DNA of 64,000 nt from the human T2T-CHM13v2.0 reference genome, Homo sapiens. The notes under the pieces were generated by a model. That model had not been told where the DNA came from. It did not search any database and saw only the letters and a program-made list of their open reading frames with translations. Shown piece after piece: positions 25,549 through 39,552 of this stretch. Made by a program: the position numbers and the translations under genes. Every line of letters starts with the position of its first letter. The first letter of the stretch is position 1. The DNA is taken from the NCBI RefSeq assembly GCF_009914755.1, contig NC_060947.1; one strand, given 5' to 3'.

Positions 25549-27569
25549 TAGGGCTTTGTTTTGGGATGAAGGGGGGAGCAGGAGGAACTGGAATGGCTTT
25601 GACATGCTTTGACATGCGCAAACTTCCCCATGCTTTATCTCTGGGCTTTGGAGAGAGGGAAAGAAGCAAAGATGAGCATAGTGTTCTGGAACAGGTCAAA
25701 TCAGTTCAAACTTTCATTAAAGCTATAGTAAGGAGATACAGAGCTCTTTAAAACTGCTTTCAACCCCCTCCCATCTCTCTCTCTGTTCCATACACAAATG
25801 CTGGTCAGTGGTAAGCAATAGAGATTGTCTTGCCCTCTCTTGGACTACTTATTGTCTTGGGTGAGGTATAATTTTCATTTGGTGACTCTGGTGTGAGGCT
25901 TGGAACCCATACTCATTAATTTAGATATAAATGTGATGCTTCATTCACCTTTCCCAGATGCACCATTTCAGAATGCAGCTGAGAATCAATACGCAACATC
26001 TTGCCATTAAATGAACCTTTAGGCAGAAGACATTTGGCAAAAACTTGTGGCTGCCCTTGTATCCTTCTATCCCACATTTTAAGCATTTACAGTATTTTAC
26101 CACCAAATGAGATGGCAGGAATGTGTGTTTTCAGCATTTCAATGAGACTGGACTTTATGATTTGAAAAGGCCAAGTATCATGTATGACTCATGAGAACGG
26201 CAACCTAGTGTGTGGTGTCAATGATGCTTGCACATTTTCTCCTTGAGAGAGAACTGTCTCGAATGTGGGGTCCTTCTGGGTGTGCTTATCACCTCAAGTG
26301 AGGAATGCAGAAGGATTGCCTTTCTTTAAATCCAGTACCTGACCAAGATCTTCCTACAGTGAAGTCTGCTACATTATAAAACAGACTGTTTAAAGGAATG
26401 CTCATGCACTCGTATTTCAAGAGAGTTAACAAATATGGAATTCCATGTTCATTGAACATTTCATGAGGAAGAGCCTACAAAGAAAAGCTTAGGAAAAATT
26501 ATCAAGGCTCAGCTACTCTATTCTCATCTACAGCTGTTTACCACACTAGAACTCCTACCATTCTGGTATACTTTAAAAATCAAATCCATCTTCAACGTTA
26601 TGTGGCCAAAACTTTTGTCTACTTTACTTTCTCCACTTTCTTGTGCTTGAATTTTAATAATATGTAAAAAATAATTGCATCTTTGCAAGTTTAGTGCTTT
26701 ATCAAGAACAACCACAGGGTAAGTGCAGACTACATAGTGCTGGCCTAAGCCAATTTCACAACTGTTCCCCAAGGGCTTGCTGTACATTTACTGGATGCAA
26801 GCTGTCTCCCTCCTGCTTGAGTTGGGCTTCATAGCAAATGTAAAATGTACACTTCATTTCCAAAAATTGTCATTTCTCCTTCACACATTTAATACGCCAA
26901 TAGCAGGAGCATCATATTTGTAAGTAAAACAAAAGCAAAAATGAAAACATTCTAGATCATTGATTTTGACAGATAAAAAGTTGCCTTTTAATGGAAATGT
27001 TTAAAGTAGAATTCAATAATAATTGAAAGTAGATTTTGCACATTGACTTCCTCTTTATGTAATTATATGAATGTAATCTACTTTTTAACTTATAAAGTTA
27101 TTTTCTGTATTTATCTCAAAATTGGCAAAGGGTCTGTTAGCCTGAATCATCTGAGTTTTAGGGTATATTCACTGACTTTTTGTAAGTGCTGAGACTCTCA
27201 GATGATCAGGATTGGTGGGTTGGAACCTTTTTATGACATGTTGCCGCTAGTCATGATGTCTTCCTCAAAAAGGCTTAGGTTCTCAGTGAAAATTTGATGG
27301 GGAGATTGAACTAGGGGCTCTAAGGTGAGGCAAAATGACAACTTATTCCCTCTAGCTGAGTCCTAGGAGCAAGATGTAGGCACAAGGTTATAAACATTTG
27401 CAAATGAACCCTCCTTGTAGAGTTTGAAGATGAGTTACAAGGCCTGGAAGGCTATAGACCAAAAGAGAATGCTTGTGCAGTAGTGGCAGCAGTAATACTA
27501 GCAATGTTTGCAGAGCTCTGCTTTTAGGATGCATAATGTCTTTTTGTAAAAGTAAATGGGTTGAAATAA

Positions 27570-28140
27570 TTTTCTTTTTTTATTGCGGCAAAATTCGCAT
27601 AACATAAAATTAACCATTTTAAAGTGTTCAATTCTGTGACACTTAATACAATCACAAGACTGTGCATCCATCCCAGTTCCAGAATTTTTCATCACTCCAA
27701 GTGGAAACTCCATACCCATTAAACAGTTCCTCCCCATTTCCCCCTCCCCCTAACCCCGACAACTGCTAATCTACTTTTTGTCTGTATGGATTTGTCTGTT
27801 TCATGTAACTGGAATCCTATAATATGTGACCTTTTTTGTCTGGCTTCTTTCACTTACCATAATATTTTCTTGGTTGTTCGATGTCATGTATCAGTACTTC
27901 ATTTTGTTTTATGGCTAAGTAGCATTCCATTGTATGAATAAACCACATTTTCTTTATCTACTCATCATTTGATGGACATTTTGGTTGTTTCCAACTTTTG
28001 GCTACTGTGAATAGTGCTACGGTGAAGATTTGTATATAAGTTTCACATGGACATGTTTTCTTTCTGGTGTGTACCTAGAAGTGGAATTGATGAGTCACAT
28101 GGTAATTCTACAGTTAACTTATAGAGGAATCACCAAAATC
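27570..28140 (-). mobile_element. L1MB-like 3' fragment
   Basis: 'ttttttattgcggcaaaattcgcataacataaaattaaccattttaaagtg...tggcttctttcactta...tgatggacattttggttgtttccaacttttggctactgtgaatagtgct'. Confidence 0.9.
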
Positions 28141-29269
28141 ATTTTGTTTTAGATAATATAGTGCCATGCATATAACATAGTACTGTTCACTCATCTTTGA
28201 ATTGGGACAGTCATACCTCCAGCACCATCATAAGGAGGAGTACTGAGACTACCATTTTTGGAACCACTCTTGCTCTATGCCAGGCACAAGCTAGGTGTGG
28301 TGTCTCATTTGAACCTTACAGCAAACCTTAGCAGTAGGTTTGGGCCTCCTGGCTGAGCAAAAGAATTGCGGAGTCATTCCATTTGTGGCAGAATGATTGG
28401 GGAGAAAGCATACAGACAAATGAATTGGTCCATAAAACTGTGCTCAAGAGCCCAGACAACACTGCTGGTTTCAGCTGACATAATAGTTAGAAATGGCTCA
28501 GAACCCAGTGGCTGCATTCGTGCAGACATAGTCCAATAAAAAAGCCATTTACTTTCTGGAGACGTCCCCAAATCATCTCATCCATAATCATCACACCTTG
28601 ACTCATTTGAAGAAACTCAAATTATCCAGGTGTAGTGAGTACACAGCAATCTTTTTCAAACAGTATCTAAGAGCTTATAATGTGGGCTTAGAGCATAAGC
28701 ATCCCCAAGAGAATACATTTCAAATACATGTATGAAAATGAAACACAGGATCAAGTTGTGTCAGCCTCTAAACTGGCATTTGGGTACCGAGTATCTTACA
28801 ATCAGAACAGCCTCCCCTTTTTCTGCTACTTCTACCTTCCACAGCAGTGTTAGCCATGCTGAGCCAGGTGACAGGTCATGTGCACAAACACAAGCAGAGC
28901 AAGTAGGGTATGTTTAAATGCTAAATATTATTCCCTCAAATGGGAAAATGGAACATGAGTCCAGAATGGGGGAATTATAATATATAAATTAAAGATGCCA
29001 AATGGTCAGCCATAGAGACTCATGATCATAAGAAAACATTTTTAACAGAAGATTTTACCTTCAAATGACTCTTTAAAGTCAGAGATATGTAATCACACAT
29101 GTACATGGCTTCAATGAAGACACGATAGTGATTGCAGCCTGAAAATACCTGTTAAAACTTTGTGTTTTCTCTCCAGTCCTCTACTGCATTTGACTTTCTT
29201 GGTTGGGACTATTTGGGCAGCAGACATATGCATGCTGTTTTCTAAGGTGGTGGGACAATGCTGGGACAG

Positions 29270-29520
29270 TGTAGGAGAGCGTGTGAGAGTATAGCTGTAT
29301 AGTTACACGGACATGGCTTTGAATTCTAGCTCTGCCACTCTGAAACTGGTTGACCTTGGGCAAAGACCTAAGTACCTATAAAATAGAGGTAAAAATAGCA
29401 CCTTCTTCATTGGGTCATACTGGGGATTCAATGATTAGGTCAATCAATACAGGCAAAAGCACCTGATGCTATGCTTAGCACATAGTAAGTACTCACCACT
29501 TTACGTGATAATAATCATCA
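29270..29520 (+). mobile_element. MIR
   Basis: 'tttgaattctagctctgccact...tgaccttgggcaa...tgcttagcacatagtaagtactca'. Confidence 0.8.
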
Positions 29521-29724
29521 TTGTTATGGGTGCTACTAATGATCTAAAAAGCTTCACATTCTTTGAGATGCTACATATATTTACTTTCCCTTTTCTTGTA
29601 AGGAATGGGATGTTAAAGACAGCTGCTGGGTTTTCTATCCTGTATATGGCAAACTTGAATGAAAATGTCTGTCATCCTAAAGTTTATTAGCTGTGTGCCT
29701 GGCCATGAGTAATTTTAAATGTAG

Positions 29725-29945
29725 ATATTAAGAACATAGTTTTTGGAATAAAGAAGCCTGGGGTTTAATCCCAGGCCTCAAATACTAGCTGTATACTAGC
29801 TGTATGGCATTGGGAAAGTTGTTTAACATCTCTAAGTCTCAGATCTCTTACCAGTAGACTGGAATAAACCAGCCTTGTCTAACTCATGGAGTACTGTAAG
29901 GATCAAGTGAAGACAGTGTATAAGAAAATGCCTTGAACTACAAAA
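29725..29945 (+). mobile_element. MIR
   Basis: 'gcctggggtttaatcccagg...tagctgtatggcattgggaaagttgtttaacatctctaagtctcag'. Confidence 0.75.
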
Positions 29946-32900
29946 TAGGTGGTTACTCTTCCTTGTGGTCCTTTTAAACATTAACTGGCAGCCCTCTCTT
30001 TAGGATCCATAGGGAAATAGACATAGCCCTTCATTTTGGCCTAGGTATCCATAGGGATCTGTTAGGAACTGCATTGCATGTCTTAACTGGCCCCCAAAGG
30101 CAGCCATCAGATATGAATGACCTTAACTTTCCTTTAAGCCCTGACAACTTTTAAACTAGAGATCCCAGAAAGAAAGGCTAGGTTGCCAATGATCTGCACC
30201 AAGTCCTCCAGGAAATTATGTGTCTCCAAAAGAGTTTTTCTTCCAAGGATTGGCGTGGGTGGAGAGTTGATTCATACCCTTCTATTGCAGTTCTTACCTT
30301 CTCTTTCTGAGCTCATGCTGTCCCCTAGAGAAAGGCTTGAAGGCTCTTCTAGGATGCTATACTCACCTTGGCTGTCTCTCAGGAGCTGTCCCTGAATGGG
30401 AGATAAATAACTATTTGAAGTTGACATTAGACATTGCAAACATCCAGAACAGTGTTGGAATTAGACATAGTGCTATGTACTTAGTGTCTGAATAAACATA
30501 TGTGCTGCAATGTATTTTTTAAGTTTGATATCAATGGCATGGTTGAGATTTGGGGGCCACATGATGTCTATTACCTGGCTGACTGCATTTTTTGCTTCTC
30601 AGCTGCCACTGTTGGCATCATAGATATAAAATCCAGCCCTGGCCTTCCCCATGAAACACTTATTGAATTTCCATTTTCAAGCCAGTCCTCCAGGGTAGGC
30701 AGAGATGGCCACTGGGGTTTGGCTAGGGAGTGGCCTGACCCAGGAGGACAGACGTTTTGGGAGTGGGAATATGTTATGTTCTCTGTATGCCCTGCCTCAT
30801 ACCACTAAACCTCTGGTTTTTCTTTTTGTCAGTTTTTCTTTTCATTTTTCTCGGGGTTAAAGGAACCCCTGAAAATCAGGAGTTAAACCTGGAATCAATT
30901 TTCATTTACAGCTGAGAAGCAGTTATTGATGCTATGCTTGCAGTTCAATAAAAGATCTAAAGATATAGACCTTGTGCTTCTCTTTCAATATAAGCAGCCT
31001 AATCAGTCTCAAAGGTTTTTTTAACAAAGAAATTGTATGGACAGGTTTATTAAAATTGCTGTCTTTAAAGTTTTAAACTATCCGCAATTTGACTTATTCC
31101 AAAGGCTTCTAGAATGTGTGGCGGGCAAACTCCAAAGCTCCCTCCAGCACATGTTCTTAGAGCCAGGTAAACATCTGCTTAATGTCTAATTGAGTGATAT
31201 TATGATGTCTGATTTCCACAGCCCTAAACATGTAGTCTGGTGTCCACAGGTAGCGGGATGGCTTGTGATGCCTGGGTTCTGAAGCCTAGTTAGATCTGGC
31301 CATGGCTGTCTCATGCCCCAGTTAGCTCACATTGGCATTAGAAGCAGCAGACTTTAGAAATCTAAAAGCCATAAAAGAGATGGGTCTTGTTAGAAACTTC
31401 CTTTAGGGCATTATAACATTAGTAACATCTTATTAATATGAATTAGATTGAAATATTAGATGACTTCATTTAGCACAGTTAGAAGTTCAGAAAACATTTG
31501 ATATGACTGAAAATGTTCAATTAGTGACCAGGTTCACTAAAAGACCCTACTTAAAGCTTGGAGTAGTATGCTAGTGCTTTAAAAACAGAACTGAACCATT
31601 AAAATTTTCTTTGAACACAAAACATTCTAATGTGTTGTGTCTGGGCATGTGATTGTGAGTAGCTCCAGTGTACCCAATTTTATTTAACCCCATCTTATTT
31701 CTTTTTCTGCCAAAGAAGTATGCTGGTATTCTGTGAAATGTTCACTTAATTGAAAGCATATTAATTACTGGAGATGTATGGACTTTCCAACTAGACACTA
31801 GTAGCAGAGTCGCACCTTAAGCATATGAGCATTTACAGAAAACAATAATCTTCTTAGATCTTCCCCTCCACTTCATAGTTTTGTTTTTTCTTTTTTTAAA
31901 TCTTCAGATTACTAATTACCGAACACAAAAAAAGTTGCTTTTAATCCAGTTTCTTTAATCCAGGTCTTATATTTGATCCATTTTGATTTGTTTGTTGTTT
32001 GGTGGTGGTCATGGTCATGGTTGTTGTTCTTGTTGAGCGAGCTTACTGGCCTGGTTGCTATTTGAGAATTTCAAATGAAATAATTACATAGCCACCGAAG
32101 ACCCAAACATTCTGTCAGCTTTGGGATGTGTTCCTGATACCTGTGATGCACACTGAACTTTCAGAACCTAGTAGCCACATTAAATTGAAAGCCCGCATTT
32201 ATATTTTAAGTTTGCTAATGAAAAAGATGCAATGAATTTTACTCCTGCTATCAGCTGGCTCTTTTGAAGTTGGTGTGCTGTATAGAATACATTAGTTGTG
32301 ACAACAGATACTCTTCCCTGCTGTAATCGGTCCTATTTTGTAGCCACAGTTCTCCCTCGTCATACTGAACAAGTTGTTACCTCCCCAAGGTTTCTCTGCA
32401 TTTCTATTTACTTTGTTATCAGCAGAAAGGCTGGGGAAAGCCTCTTCAGTAATGACATCGATACGACACACACAGCAAGAGAGGTCAGCCTGTCAGAGCT
32501 CTAGAAACAGCAGATGGATTAGGATGAAACTGGGTGCAAAATAACTTTGATAGAGTCTTTTAATGTAAACAGTTTATCTGTCATTGCCTTTCATTGAAAT
32601 CCCTCACAGAATGATAGCATTTGGGCCGTTAAGGTTACAGAATGTAGCTGAATAAAACCCATACATTGTCATGCTCAAACTCTCCACCAATTAGAGAATG
32701 AGAGGACATTTTAATTTATTCATTAAAGACAGGAGAGTAAATAGGATAACATATAAGGTTAATAGAATAACATTGGCCTTCATATTCCCAAGATTGTATT
32801 TCCCATTTGGCTATATTAGCACAGAGACTAGATTAATAAGAAACTGCTTAGGGCTTGTATGATGTGGTTTTTAATATGCTTGAGACAAGTCTGTGACTGT

Positions 32901-34246
32901 TTAGAAACCTGTGTGCTGAATTTTTTTATTACAATTAGGTCTTCTCCTTCAGTACCAATTTTTTTGACTTGTAATCTATATACAATAGAATGCTTTGAGC
33001 ATACAGAGATGCATAGAAGTGTAATGTTTTTATGTATTGTGCTTATCTCATGGTCAGTAATGACCAAATACTGGCTAGTGTTTAATAAACTTTATGAATT
33101 ATCCAACTATGAGCATTTCAGTTGCAAAGCCAATAGCTCTTTTGCTTAGCTTAGCACTTTTCCACAATGACCTTAAGTCAGACACTGGTGAGGGTATGTT
33201 GTTTGCCCCAAGATCCAAACAGAAACAAAAATGGATATGATCTGTCATTTCAAAATAGATAATGCTCATATGTGACAGGGATGACCACAGCCTTTTCACC
33301 CACAAAGAGCACACAGCACATATATGGTTCTGTAAAGAGTGTGGCAGTGAGAGAGCAGCCACCTCTGGAAAGCTGGGGACCACTAAGTACAGACTTCAGT
33401 TGAAGTGCCTGGAGAAAAGAGTCCTCATCATGTTGCCCTTTCTGGGCTGGAGGAAGTGACTGGACATCACTGGTCCTTTCTTCACTCAAACCCCACCCTC
33501 TGTTTGGTCCAAGCACATTCTTTTCCTTAAGTCTCTTCATCATCCCAATTAGGGTCCTAATCCATTCTTGCAGCCTGGAAGTTTCACTCTGGAGTCATCC
33601 ATAAGTAAGTCCCAGGAAATGCACCATGTGTGCCTAACTTCATTGGTAGTTTCCAAGCCTTGAGTTTAATCAGGGTTCTAGAATATACCTAGAACAGTAT
33701 GCACATCTCAAGCAAAAGTTATATAATGAAACACTTTGCCACTTTGAAAAAGTAAGATTTTGAAATTTATATTCTGTCTTGAACAATTTACTGGGGCTTT
33801 GGTTTAGGGCTCAAGAATGCTTAACTCTACCCCCTCCCCCCCAGATATCTGCCATCTGCTAAAAAAGTCACCAGGCAGGCTGAAAACACCAAGGACCTTG
33901 TTCTGCCTGGAAAACTGAATTGATATTTTCTTAAGCAGCTATATTTACTTTTATCTTTATTTATCAAGAGCAAAGAGCATAAGCATTGTAAGTGCACAGA
34001 AGAGTTTCCAAATTTGAGATTAACCAATCCAACATTAACCATTCAAAATACAGGTGGATGGGCGGAAAAAAGAAACAAAACTTTCCAAAATGTATGGGGC
34101 CACATAACTCGTATTTCACACAGCAAAAATTTCATAGGAGTCTTTGGAACATTTTACTAAAAATGTATAAACTTGCTAAAGCTAGTTTATTGTTAATGGA
34201 GGTCGACTAAAGCTTCATATTTAACCCTGAATCATATATATGTGTG

Positions 34247-34522
34247 TGTTTCTCAAAAAACTAAAAATAGAACTACTATATGACCCAACAATCTCACTAC
34301 TGGGTAGTTTTCCAAAGTAAAGAAAATCAGTATATTAAAGGAATACTTGCACCACCATGTTTATTGCTGCACAAGTCACAATAGCTAAGATATGGAATCA
34401 ATCTAAATGTTCATCAACAGACAAATGGTTAAAATGTGAGATAGATAGATATATATATATATACACAAAATTGATTACTATTTAGCCATAAAAGAGTATA
34501 AAATCCTGTCATTTCTGGCAAC
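34247..34522 (+). mobile_element. L1 (L1MA/PB-like) ORF2 3' fragment
   Basis: 'ctcaaaaaactaaaaatagaactactatatgacccaacaatctcactactggg...cacaatagctaagatatggaatcaatctaaatgttcatcaac'. Confidence 0.9.
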
Positions 34523-34800
34523 ATTGCTGCAAAAGCAAGTAGGGCTTTAGTTCTTCCCCCTCCTGTGGAGTCTGCAGTCCGGATTCATGCCCTTCCCCAA
34601 GTTCTGGCCAGGAGATTTCTCAATGGGTTCAAATTGTTACAAAGTTCAGCTGGAGGTTTCCTTCTCCCTGTAGCCTTTTCCGAGTGCCTCTAGCAGCCCT
34701 CCTAAAGGACCTCTGTGAGGCAAAGCTGAAATTGCTTACTGGGGGGGCCAGCAAGCCCACAGGGCTTTTCCCACTGCTTCCTCTACCCCTGTATTTTGCT
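34523..34800 (-). mobile_element. L1PB/L1M1-type 5'UTR fragment
   Basis: 'ttcaaattgttacaaagttcagctggaggtttccttctccctgt' and 'cccacagggcttttcccactgcttcctctacccctgtattt' resemble the antisense L1PB-type 5' end. Confidence 0.6.
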
Positions 34801-35109
34801 AGCAGGGGTATTGTGCTTACAATAAAAATGGCTACATTTTTATTGTAGGGATACAGGGAACCAAGTTACAATTGGCAACATTAAATTCACACAGACAATG
34901 AGGGAAAGAGAGTAAAAGTGTACAGTCCAAGTGTGTTAATACCCATGTAATTTTATTTGAATATTGACATAAGTGACACCCACCCACCACCTTAAACACA
35001 CACATATAAATGAAGTCTGCAATAACATCCTTTTGTCTTATTGACAACAAGTATGGCCATGCTACTATATGACTGTATTTGTGATGTTCTGGCTGTGAAC
35101 AGTGTACTC

Positions 35110-35122
35110 TGTGAGTGAGTGA

Positions 35123-35153
<31 letters not shown>

Positions 35154-35181
35154 GGAGGGGGAGGGGAGAGAGAGAGAGAGA
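35110..35181. repeat. (TG)n followed by (GA)n microsatellite
   Basis: Direct read. Confidence 0.9.
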
Positions 35182-36766
35182 TACAGAGATACCGAAACAA
35201 ATAGAAATTCTGTGCATTACTGATTGGCACACCACTGCCCTCACCTATGGATGTGTCTGTTCCAATCCCATATGCTCTGTTGTGTTCCTCTGTGAAGAGT
35301 AGTGCAGTGGTACTTGTGATAATTCCTCAGAAAAGTGGAAGAACCTGGCCTCTTATATCCTCATTTTCCCTCTTCTTCTCCCCTCTGTATCTTCTCACCT
35401 CTCCTGCCCAACCATTCTTACCTCTCTAATATTTCTTCTCCCAGCCCTCACTTGGAGCAGAATCACAGCATGAGCTCAGGTTCTTAAAGACAGCGATTAG
35501 GTTCACCTTCAAGCCTCTGAGCCACGAGCCTGCCTGGTAAAGTGGAGAAAACTTTATAGTGAGTGAGAGCATCCCTATGACCAGGCATGTCCCAGAATCC
35601 CCAAGCCTAGCCTTCAGAATCCTCTGGGCATAAACATGGACTCGAGGGTCATTAAGTCTTAGTAAGTCTTTATTCCTCTTTACTGCATCTGCAGAGAAAC
35701 AACGTGCTAGATACAACTCCTTAGCTCAGGGGAGCAGATGTGTTATGAAATGAGGGGAAGGGCACTATCCTGAAGAGGGAGGAATCTGTTTGGGGGATGA
35801 TATTAATTCAGCTTCCCTCGGGAGCCATGAAAACATTGATTTTGTACCATTAAGTCTTCACAGTGTGACCATGAAACTGTTCTCAGCAACTTTTCTGTTT
35901 TAATATATTTGTGTAAATCCTGACGTAGTTTCACAACTGTTACAATTGAGGCTTCAAAAGATGAAGGAGAAGACATCTAAAATAGACACATTAGACTCTG
36001 TGGCACAACTCTGTTTATTGGCAGTGTGCATGCCTGCAGATAATGGCAGCAACTATCTTCCAACCCAGCAAGATTCTCCTTCTCAGTCTATAACTAATGG
36101 TGAACAGATACAGTATTTGGAGAGAGGTTTGCATGTGTTTCAGCTCTTTTGGCAGAAAGTGAAGAAAATTCCACATTTTTTTTCTGATAAAACATATTAT
36201 ATTGTCCCTTCCAGCCAGAGCAGAAGTAGTGTTTCCTGAGAGGCTCCCTTCCTGAATGATGATAGGGTGGACCTGATAGTACTACCAGGACATGCTACAG
36301 AGCCTGGTTTTCCTGACTAGAGTTAAAAATAGACTGAGGGAAAATTTAGTACATTAGACAATTAGATGGTATTTTTTGCCTCCTAGTTCAGACTATTTTG
36401 AGTTGTTAGCACAGAAATAGTAATGCTGTCTGTGGTCCAAGAGACATTCTGCTTTGATCTGCCATGTTCTCGTGTTCATTACTTCTCTTTTGATTAATGA
36501 GAAAGTAACTCCCTAGCTTCCTGTTTCTCCCTCATTGTGTCCATCTTCCTTATTGTATCCACATTTATCTTCCCACATCAAGTCTGACTCTATCCAGTTT
36601 CTGCTTAAAATTCCTTCCCTTGAACCCTACATTCTCCATTGCATACTACAGACTTTATGTAATAAAGGGCAAACACCATTGTTGCCAAGGACATTGTTGC
36701 CAAGTCCTTCACTCAATATTCAATCACACATATATATGATTCAGGGCTAAATATGAAGCCTTAGTC

Positions 36767-36769
<3 letters not shown>

Positions 36770-36824
<55 letters not shown>
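36770..36824. repeat. (TA)~27 microsatellite
   Basis: Uninterrupted TA run of about 55 bp, followed by degenerate TA-rich sequence to ~36890. Confidence 0.97.
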
Positions 36825-36828
<4 letters not shown>

Positions 36829-37829
36829 AATATATATATCCATATGTGTGTATATATATAAATACATATATATATCCATATGTATATAATCCTTTTAGAT
36901 ATATGTGAAATACTCCTGTGTGTGTATTAAAATATAGAATACCAGACCTTAAAATGACCATAGAGAGTTTTTACTCTAGCTTTCTAATTTTCTCAATAAG
37001 GAAACTGAGATACAAAGCAGTCAGTTAGTATTTAGTATATAAATAAAAATGTAGTCTCATTACCCACAGTATAATGTGTTCCAAAGGGATAGGAAGCCTT
37101 ATCACACTAGCAGGTTAATGATAAAGATATTTTATCAGTATTTCCTGCCAATTAGGTTTTTGAATATGTAACTGAGTACCTACTATGTACTAATAATACA
37201 CTTCCCATTTCTTCTGGTTACGAATGGTAGGGAGAAAACCTCTATTAGGCATTGATTGTCTCTCACTAAAAGATACATGTCATTTTATGAGGTGTGCCCC
37301 CTTAGCATCAGGGGCAAGAGGGCTCAGATTGGTTAGGGGGAAGAAAATTGAATTTTCAAACCCACAAACCCCAGGGGAACAGAGTGACCAAGTGCCACTT
37401 ACATTGGGCCTCCTGACTTGGAAAAAATAAACACCTCAATGCAATACTGAAGTGCTTGGCTGGCATCTGCATATTTACTCCACTTAGAGAATGATTAGTG
37501 TCAACAGATGACTTTGTGGGTGAAACATGCTTCTTCACCAAAGACAGTACATTTTTCATTAAGTTACAATAAACCAAACCTTAGTTATAAAGGAAATTTC
37601 CAATTGACAAATGGATCTTGCCAAAGGATTTTCTATCCAGCAACATAGCCAGAGTGAAGGGAGCAAGTCTTTATGGAGTGCAGGCACTTCTGAATGCTGT
37701 TATCACGTCATCTTTGGGCTGGATGCTCACAAAACTCTGGCTTCCATGGTAGTGAAATGCACATGCAGGTACAAGTAGTACCTGCTATTCAGTGGCTGTT
37801 CAACTGGCTGTGGCAGGGTCTAGAATGGC

Positions 37830-38075
37830 AGTGTGAGTGAAATTGATATTTACTCAATGAGCAATGGGAAGCCATGAAGGATTATGACAATGAGAGCAAT
37901 GTGATCAAAGTGGAGCCTTAGGAGGATTCATCTTGAAGTAGAACATAAAATAGATTTAGAATAGGGAGACCAGTAGAGAAGTGAGGTGGCAGTGGCCATA
38001 GTCCTGGTGAGAGGCAATAGAAATCAAGTTAGCAGTAGTTGCAGGAAGAGTGAGGAAGGCACAGGTAGCTACAAG
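37830..38075 (-). mobile_element. L2 fragment
   Basis: 'gagcaatgggaagccatgaaggatt...gagagcaatgtgatcaaa...ggagaccagtagagaag...tagtcctggtgagagg'. Confidence 0.7.
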
Positions 38076-39461
38076 CCTTCTTCCAGAAAGTGGGATGGGA
38101 AATTCACCCTGTGAATGCTGCTCCAGACTCCCTCCTCTTCGGAGTGTAAACAAGAGCCTTACATTCAGTTGCAGGATGAATTGAGATGCACATCAGCCTG
38201 GAGCTCAGCTCTTCCTCCAGAGGCTTATTTTTTCCCTCCATACAGAGCTTACTGTCCTCTGGCACATTTTCATGCCCAGAGCATAATGTCCAGGCCTATG
38301 AGTTTGCCTAGTCATTCTTGATTCATTTATCTCATCAATGTTTAAGTGACTATTAAGTGCAAGACATAGTTCTATCCACTGAGAACAAATTTTCCCCAAC
38401 CTCTGCCTGTCAAAAGTATGTTCCTGCCTCTGTTACGTATAGCAAAGACCTATTTCATTGATTATTAGAAAAGAATGAATAAAGTTAAAATGTGGAAAGC
38501 CCAGTGATCTAAAGATAGGTAACATGTTTTTGCTTCCTAGAGGTTCAAGGTTCAAATACAGAATGTTTCCATGCACGTTTTCAGGCATCCATAATAATGG
38601 TTAGTGTTTTCCTGAAGATTATAATCCCCGTATGACAAGTCAGAAATTCAGGCATCCAGGTGTTGCAAAATCTTGAGTGACATTTTGTCCTCTTAATCTG
38701 CCACCCTTGGCTGTGTGTGCTTAATGCCAGCTGGGGTTTAGCCTACAGGATACATTGTCTTTTGCCATTTTACTCATTCCAGTGAAATCTATTTAAATGC
38801 TGTAATTAAGCGATTCATTTTTATATTTAAGCAAGTGCTGTCAGTATATGTCTCTTCAATTGTTTTAGCCAATTCTGTTGGTATTGATTTTAGGCCATCT
38901 GAATACCCTAATGATGAGTTCATTTGTTAATGGAAGAGTTTCTCTTCTGAACTTAAGCAATCGATGCAATTTACCAATACATGCTGCTAGGTTAGGGTAT
39001 AGCTGTGCCCCACAGAACAATCATGTGAAAAAAAATTAAATCCAAAACAAAACAAAGAAACACAAAACCAATGCAATTAATTGTTTTTCTGTCTTTTTCC
39101 ATGTTGTTGAATACCCAGTTATTTGAAATTATCTGAATGATTGGATTTTCCCTTTTGATTAAGAAATGTAAAAACCCAGTTTGGATGTATCTGCTAGTAG
39201 AATGAAAGGAAAATGCATATGAAATGGAAATGTAAAAGGCATATAGAGCAATACTAATAAAATCACATTTTATGCTTGACTGACAGTATTATTATTGATT
39301 ATGGAAGAAATGAATACCTGAGTCCACTGCCACAATATCTCTAGGCCATCCAAATGTTCACTTTGACAGTCTCAACATACAGGAAACATATTGCATTAGA
39401 TTTGTTTTCTGTAAAAGGAGGGGGATAATGTCATAAGTCTGACTGTTCAGAGCATGCTTCT

Positions 39462-39545
39462 TATAACCCCCAAAAGATTCTCACATTTTCTATAAATATA
39501 TATATATATAACCCCCAAAAGATTCTCTACATTTTCTATAAATAT
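39462..39545. repeat. ~38-bp tandem duplication separated by a TA run
   Basis: 'tataacccccaaaagattctc(t)acattttctataaatat' at 39462-39499 and 39507-39545. Confidence 0.95.
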
Positions 39546-39552
39546 GTATTTT

